DNA of 32,000 bases from Synechocystis sp. PCC 6803 substr. PCC-P (GTDB taxonomy: Bacteria > Cyanobacteriota > Cyanobacteriia > Cyanobacteriales > Microcystaceae): assembly GCF_000284455.1 (NCBI RefSeq), contig NC_017039.1:3210001-3242000 (forward strand). Reading direction: 5' to 3'. The notes under the pieces were generated by a model, which did not search any database, was not told where the DNA came from, and was given only the letters and a program-made list of their open reading frames with translations. The position numbers and the translations under genes are program-made. Numbering within the stretch: the first letter of the stretch is position 1; every line of letters begins with the position of its first letter. Positions 28,009-32,000 of this stretch are shown here, piece by piece.

Positions 28009-28896
28009 ATGGAAATTCGCCGCCGGCCTCCTAACCCCCCCATCAAAGTTGACATTCTTCAGTATCAAATTAAGCATCCAGAAGCGGCTCCCCGTCACAT
28101 TCTGGAGGAAATTGTTTGGCATAAGGAAAAGGAAGTGGCCCAACGGCGAGAATTAGTCCCCCTGGTCAAACTCCAAAGTTTAGTCAAGGACATGACTCCC
28201 CCATTGGATTTTGTGGGGGCATTGCGCCAGAGTCCCCGGCAACCGGCCTTAATTGCTGAAGTGAAAAAGGCTTCCCCTAGTAAGGGCATTATTCGGGCGG
28301 ATTTTGACCCAGTGGCGATCGCCAAGGCCTATGAAGCGGGAGGGGCTAACTGTTTATCGGTGTTGACGGACGAGAAATTTTTCCAGGGTAGTTTTGAAAA
28401 TTTGCAACTGGTACGCTCAGCGGTGCAATTACCCTTGCTGTGCAAGGAATTTATTATTTACCCCTATCAAATCTATCTAGCCCGGAGTCGGGGGGCCGAT
28501 GCGGTGCTGTTAATTGCCGCTATCCTCAGCGATAAGGATTTGCGTTATTTCCTCAAAATTATTGAAGGTTTGGGCATGGCGGCGTTGGTGGAAGTCCATA
28601 CCCTGGAGGAAATGGACCGGGTTTTGGCTTTGGACGGGGTGCAACTAATCGGAGTTAATAACCGTAATTTGCAAACCTTCACCGTTGATCTGCAAACCAC
28701 AGAGGATCTTTTTGCCCAACGACGGGAGCAATTAACCCAAGGGGACATTACTTTAGTGAGCGAATCCGGCATTTATGAATTGGCTGATTTGCAAAGATTA
28801 CAGCAGGCTGGGGCCCGGGCCGTTTTAGTCGGCGAATCCCTGGTCAAACAACCAGATCCCCAACAGGCGATCGCCGCTTTATACGGTGAAGTTTAA
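28009..28896 (+). CDS. trpC: Indole-3-glycerol phosphate synthase
   Basis: 295 aa with [40 protein letters not shown] and GVNNRNL. Confidence 0.93.
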   Translation: MEIRRRPPNPPIKVDILQYQIKHPEAAPRHILEEIVWHKEKEVAQRRELVPLVKLQSLVKDMTPPLDFVGALRQSPRQPALIAEVKKASPSKGIIRADFDPVAIAKAYEAGGANCLSVLTDEKFFQGSFENLQLVRSAVQLPLLCKEFIIYPYQIYLARSRGADAVLLIAAILSDKDLRYFLKIIEGLGMAALVEVHTLEEMDRVLALDGVQLIGVNNRNLQTFTVDLQTTEDLFAQRREQLTQGDITLVSESGIYELADLQRLQQAGARAVLVGESLVKQPDPQQAIAALYGEV

Positions 28897-28916
28897 TTGG
28901 CGCAGTAGCAACTCAA

Positions 28917-30542
28917 CTATGGGGATAAATCCACCGATTCGCCATTGCCATGGTGCTGTTTTTGCTGTTGGAGTACCAATTGTTGTTTGACAGCAATTAA
29001 TTCTTGGTCCCGTTGCTGGAGCATTTCCGCCATTTGTTGAATAGTTCTCGCTAAGGCCCCCAGTTCATCGGCCCGATTGGTCACTTCCTCCAAACCCAAC
29101 TGGTCGGCTTTAAAACTGTTATTTTCAATGGCGGCGGCGATCGCCGCTGTGACGTAATAAATTTGGGCTAGATCCTCCACGCTACGGTGGTGCCGGGCTT
29201 CAAAGGCATCCATCACTTGGTTGTAGCGACCGGCAATGTGCCCCACTTCGGTAAAAGGGTTAACGGGCACCCGCAAACTTAAATCATGGGTTTTGGCTTG
29301 GCGGTCCATTACCTGAAAAAGTTCATAAGTTTCTGTGGTGGCTTGATGTTCCGACACATTAAGCCCAATTTCCTCATCTTCGGGGGAAATCCGCAAGGCA
29401 AACACCCGATTTAGCAACGTTAAAAATACCCAAGCCAACCCAAAGGCCCACAGCGTACAAACTCCAATACCCAGCAGTTGTACCCCGCATTGTTGCCAAC
29501 GATTTAGCCCCGTATCCACCAACGGCAATTGACCGAATAATCCCACACAGAGAGTGCCCCAGACTCCTGCCCCACCATGGACTGCCACCGCATCCACCGC
29601 ATCATCTACCCCCCAGTGCAACATTTTTTTTCCCACCAGATAGGCGATCGCCGACCCCGTAGCTCCAATCACCATGGCGATCGGTGTCATAACCACATTG
29701 GCGCTGGCAGTAATGGCCACCAAACCGGCCAGGGAACCATTCATCAGGGGTTCCACTTGGATCATTTTGTCCTGTAGGAGGCTAATCAACCCCGCCATCA
29801 ACATGCCCCCCACCCCGGCTAGGACAGTGTTGACCATAATGCCCGGCACCTCCGGTGTCAAGCCAAAGGTACTGCCACCATTGAAGCCCAACCAACCAAA
29901 CCAGAGAATCAAAGTGCCTAGAACGGAAAAGGGCATATTGGAACCCTGAATTTTTAAGGTTTTACCGGTTTTGGGAAAACGACCTTGGCGGGGGCCAACA
30001 ACGAGAATAGTGGCTAAACCGATCCAAGCCCCGACGCTATGCACCACCGTTGACCCGGCAAAATCCCGAAAGCCCAAATTTTCTAACCAGCCCCCTGTAG
30101 TTTCTATGCCTGCCACTGTTGCTAAGCCATTCCAAGCCCAATCTCCAAAGAGGGGATAAATGAGCCCAGAAGCTAGCCCCGCCACCAATAAGTAGGCAGA
30201 AAACTTTAACCGTTCCGCCGCCGCTCCGGAAATAATTGTAGTAGCGGTGCCGCAGAACATAGCCTGAAACAGGAAAAACACCGCTAGGGTGGGTTCTCCC
30301 CCTACGTCAACAAAGCTATAACCTGTGCCCCACCAGCCTCCCTGGGACAGTCCAAACATAATGCTGAAGCCAAAGGACCAAAAAAGAGCCACAGAAATGC
30401 CAAAGTCAGCAAAATTTTTAATGGCAACGTTAATGCTGTTTTTAGAACGGGTTAGCCCCGACTCCAAACACATAAAACCGGCTTGCATAAAAAATACTAA
30501 GCCAGCACAGAGCAACAGCCAGAGTGTATCGATGGAGGTCAT
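28917..30542 (-). CDS. amt: Ammonium transporter (Amt family) with a roughly 141-aa C-terminal extension
   Basis: The product is 541 aa from ATG 30542, which overlaps the upstream stop as ATGA. It has FFMQAGFMCLESG, twin-His contexts VVHSVGAW and AVHGGAGVWG, and the canonical post-TM11 motif LRISPEDEEIGLNVSEHQ. The extra tail is encoded at 28920-29342. Confidence 0.92.
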   Translation of the reverse strand: MTSIDTLWLLLCAGLVFFMQAGFMCLESGLTRSKNSINVAIKNFADFGISVALFWSFGFSIMFGLSQGGWWGTGYSFVDVGGEPTLAVFFLFQAMFCGTATTIISGAAAERLKFSAYLLVAGLASGLIYPLFGDWAWNGLATVAGIETTGGWLENLGFRDFAGSTVVHSVGAWIGLATILVVGPRQGRFPKTGKTLKIQGSNMPFSVLGTLILWFGWLGFNGGSTFGLTPEVPGIMVNTVLAGVGGMLMAGLISLLQDKMIQVEPLMNGSLAGLVAITASANVVMTPIAMVIGATGSAIAYLVGKKMLHWGVDDAVDAVAVHGGAGVWGTLCVGLFGQLPLVDTGLNRWQQCGVQLLGIGVCTLWAFGLAWVFLTLLNRVFALRISPEDEEIGLNVSEHQATTETYELFQVMDRQAKTHDLSLRVPVNPFTEVGHIAGRYNQVMDAFEARHHRSVEDLAQIYYVTAAIAAAIENNSFKADQLGLEEVTNRADELGALARTIQQMAEMLQQRDQELIAVKQQLVLQQQKQHHGNGESVDLSP

Positions 30543-31609
30543 GGGGTTAGGGCGGCCTCTTGCCAACGGGCTTTGAGTTGTTTGCGCTTGAACTGGTACT
30601 GTTCAGCAAAGCGGGGAATTTCCGAGCGGTGACCAATGACAATGATGGTGTCGTTCTCGTTCAAGATTTGCGAAGGGTGGGGATGGAGAATAGTACTGCC
30701 ATCCGCTCGGCGTAGGGCAATGACAATAAAGGCTCCCTTACTGCGAACTTCCATTTCCATAATGGTGCGACCCATGGCGGGGGAATCCGGTGCCACAATT
30801 AGTTCATCCATTTGTACTTCCACGCTGGCCAACAGGTCATTTAAAAAACCCCGTTCATCGGGGCGATTGAGAAAATCCCGCCGGTTCGATTGGGTGATTA
30901 AATCCGCCATCTGAACTGCCCCCACCGTCAGGGGTAAAATCACCTGATCCGCTCCTGCAAGCCTGAGTTTTCTCTCTGTTTCGGGAATTTCTCCCCGGGC
31001 CAAAATGGTCAAGCGGGAGTTGAGTTCCCTCGCAGTCAGGGTAATAAAGACATTGGTGGCATCCTCCGGCAAAACCGTGGCCAAGGTCTTTGCCCTCATT
31101 ACCCCCAACATTTGCAATTGTTCTTCCCTGGTGGCATCCCCGCAATGGGCCAGATAACCTAATTCTTCGGCGATCGCCACTTGGCTGGGTTGATTATCAA
31201 TGATGCTAAAGGGCAAGCCAGACTGTTTTAATTGCTTGGCCAAAACCTGACCCATGCGGCCAAAACCGCAAATAATTGTGTGGTCCGTTAAATTAGCAAT
31301 TTGCCGTTGCCGTTGCTGATTACCCAAAGCCCGATGGATTTCTCCCTCCGTCACCATTTGCACAAATGCTCCGACAATATAAACCGCTGAGGTGGTGCCC
31401 GCTAGAATTACCCCCATAGTAAAAACTCTTTCCGCCGTGGTGGTAAGAGGCCGCACTTCCCCATAGCCCACCCCAAAAACGGTAATGACTACCATGTACA
31501 CCGCTTCCGTCGTTGTCCAACCAAAGCAGATATAGCCCAAAGTGGCCAACACCAAGGTAACAACGAAAAACAGTACCCCCAGCTTGAGCCGTTGATTGGA
31601 ATCCTGCAT
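30539..31609 (-). CDS. Two-TM K+ channel with cytoplasmic RCK (TrkA-N/TrkA-C) domain, MthK-like
   Basis: ATG 31609 (MQDSNQRLKLG); TTG 31645 is also open. The pore region is TTTEAVYMVVITVFGVGYGEV (GYG filter). The Rossmann motif is IICGFGRMG. A C-terminal TrkA-C-like segment follows. Confidence 0.85.
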   Translation of the reverse strand: MQDSNQRLKLGVLFFVVTLVLATLGYICFGWTTTEAVYMVVITVFGVGYGEVRPLTTTAERVFTMGVILAGTTSAVYIVGAFVQMVTEGEIHRALGNQQRQRQIANLTDHTIICGFGRMGQVLAKQLKQSGLPFSIIDNQPSQVAIAEELGYLAHCGDATREEQLQMLGVMRAKTLATVLPEDATNVFITLTARELNSRLTILARGEIPETERKLRLAGADQVILPLTVGAVQMADLITQSNRRDFLNRPDERGFLNDLLASVEVQMDELIVAPDSPAMGRTIMEMEVRSKGAFIVIALRRADGSTILHPHPSQILNENDTIIVIGHRSEIPRFAEQYQFKRKQLKARWQEAALTP

Positions 31610-31906
31610 AGTTAAACGGACTAAACGGCGATCGGCAAAGCCCAAGAATGGAAAAACACCGTCCGTATAGGCAGTTTATCAACCCTAATTTAGAAAATTG
31701 TGGCGAAGGACACTAAATTCCCAATTCGCCAACTCCAGACAAAATTATGAAAAAATGCAAATCTCGGCGGCAATTTAGCCCTACTTTCAATTACTAACTA
31801 TCTTCACATTAAACTCACGAACTCAGCCTGTATTCATTTGATATGGCAGTTTTGGGTTATGGCAATTCCAACCAGTCTTTGATTACTGAAAAACAATGGG
31901 GTGAAC

Positions 31907-31999
31907 CTAAGCAGATTCCGGTTTAGGTAAGGAAGAAGGATGGAGCAATAATTCTGCTGTGGAGCGTTTTTCCACCATTTCCCTAGTGATCAAGCAGTG
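31907..31999 (-). CDS. 3' end of a gene entering from beyond the window, possibly clpX
   Basis: The open frame reads ..[30 protein letters not shown], then TAG at 31907-31909. It aligns without gaps, weakly, to the E. coli ClpX C-terminus as I remember it ([30 protein letters not shown]). I also recall clpX lying next to this K+ channel gene in PCC 6803. Only 30 codons are visible. Confidence 0.3.
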   Translation of the reverse strand, partial: HCLITREMVEKRSTAELLLHPSSLPKPESA

Positions 32000-32000
32000 G

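Noticed and set aside
31664-31678. An NtcA-like site upstream of the K+ channel-amt unit (GTA-N8-TTA on the plus strand, TAA-N8-TAC on the minus strand).
   Set aside because: Only one half-site matches GTA-N8-TAC, and there is no convincing -10 box at the expected distance.

Overview
This window looks like core chromosome from a unicellular cyanobacterium. The HIP1 octamer GCGATCGC is scattered through most genes. Gene content and order match my recollection of Synechocystis sp. PCC 6803, specifically the psbD2, amt3, ktrA and ubiA-type slr0926 neighbourhoods; this is memory only and needs BLAST. The order is clpP-trpB, asnS, tRNA-Tyr/tRNA-Thr, ktrA-argF-purE, ssb, a UbiA-type prenyltransferase, a stand-alone psbD, hisG-glmU, dnaJ-tusA-like-rsgA, ruvC-cysQ-like, trpC, then amt with a K+ channel gene. 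I call about 36 protein genes and 2 tRNAs. I see no rRNA, transposase, integrase, phage gene or CRISPR array. The region is mostly housekeeping, and I do not see a clear multi-gene defence or mobile system. Seven items deserve follow-up. (1) A PPC-TPR-CHAT (caspase-like) gene has a signal-peptide-like start stranded one base out of frame by a T9 homopolymer. (2) An Amt ammonium transporter carries a roughly 141-aa tail with two HAMP-like segments and no output domain. (3) That amt gene overlaps (ATGA) an upstream MthK-like RCK K+ channel gene. (4) A small ParA/ParF-like ATPase is tightly followed by a DUF815-type P-loop ATPase right after the psbD terminator, with no ParB. (5) A strongly AT-rich gene for an orphan secreted protein sits next to the tRNA pair. 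(6) A Cys-rich 76-aa ORF lies between ssb and ubiA. (7) A 43-aa single-TM ORF below the ORF-track cutoff lies upstream of cysQ. All functional readings of these are inference from sequence inspection only.
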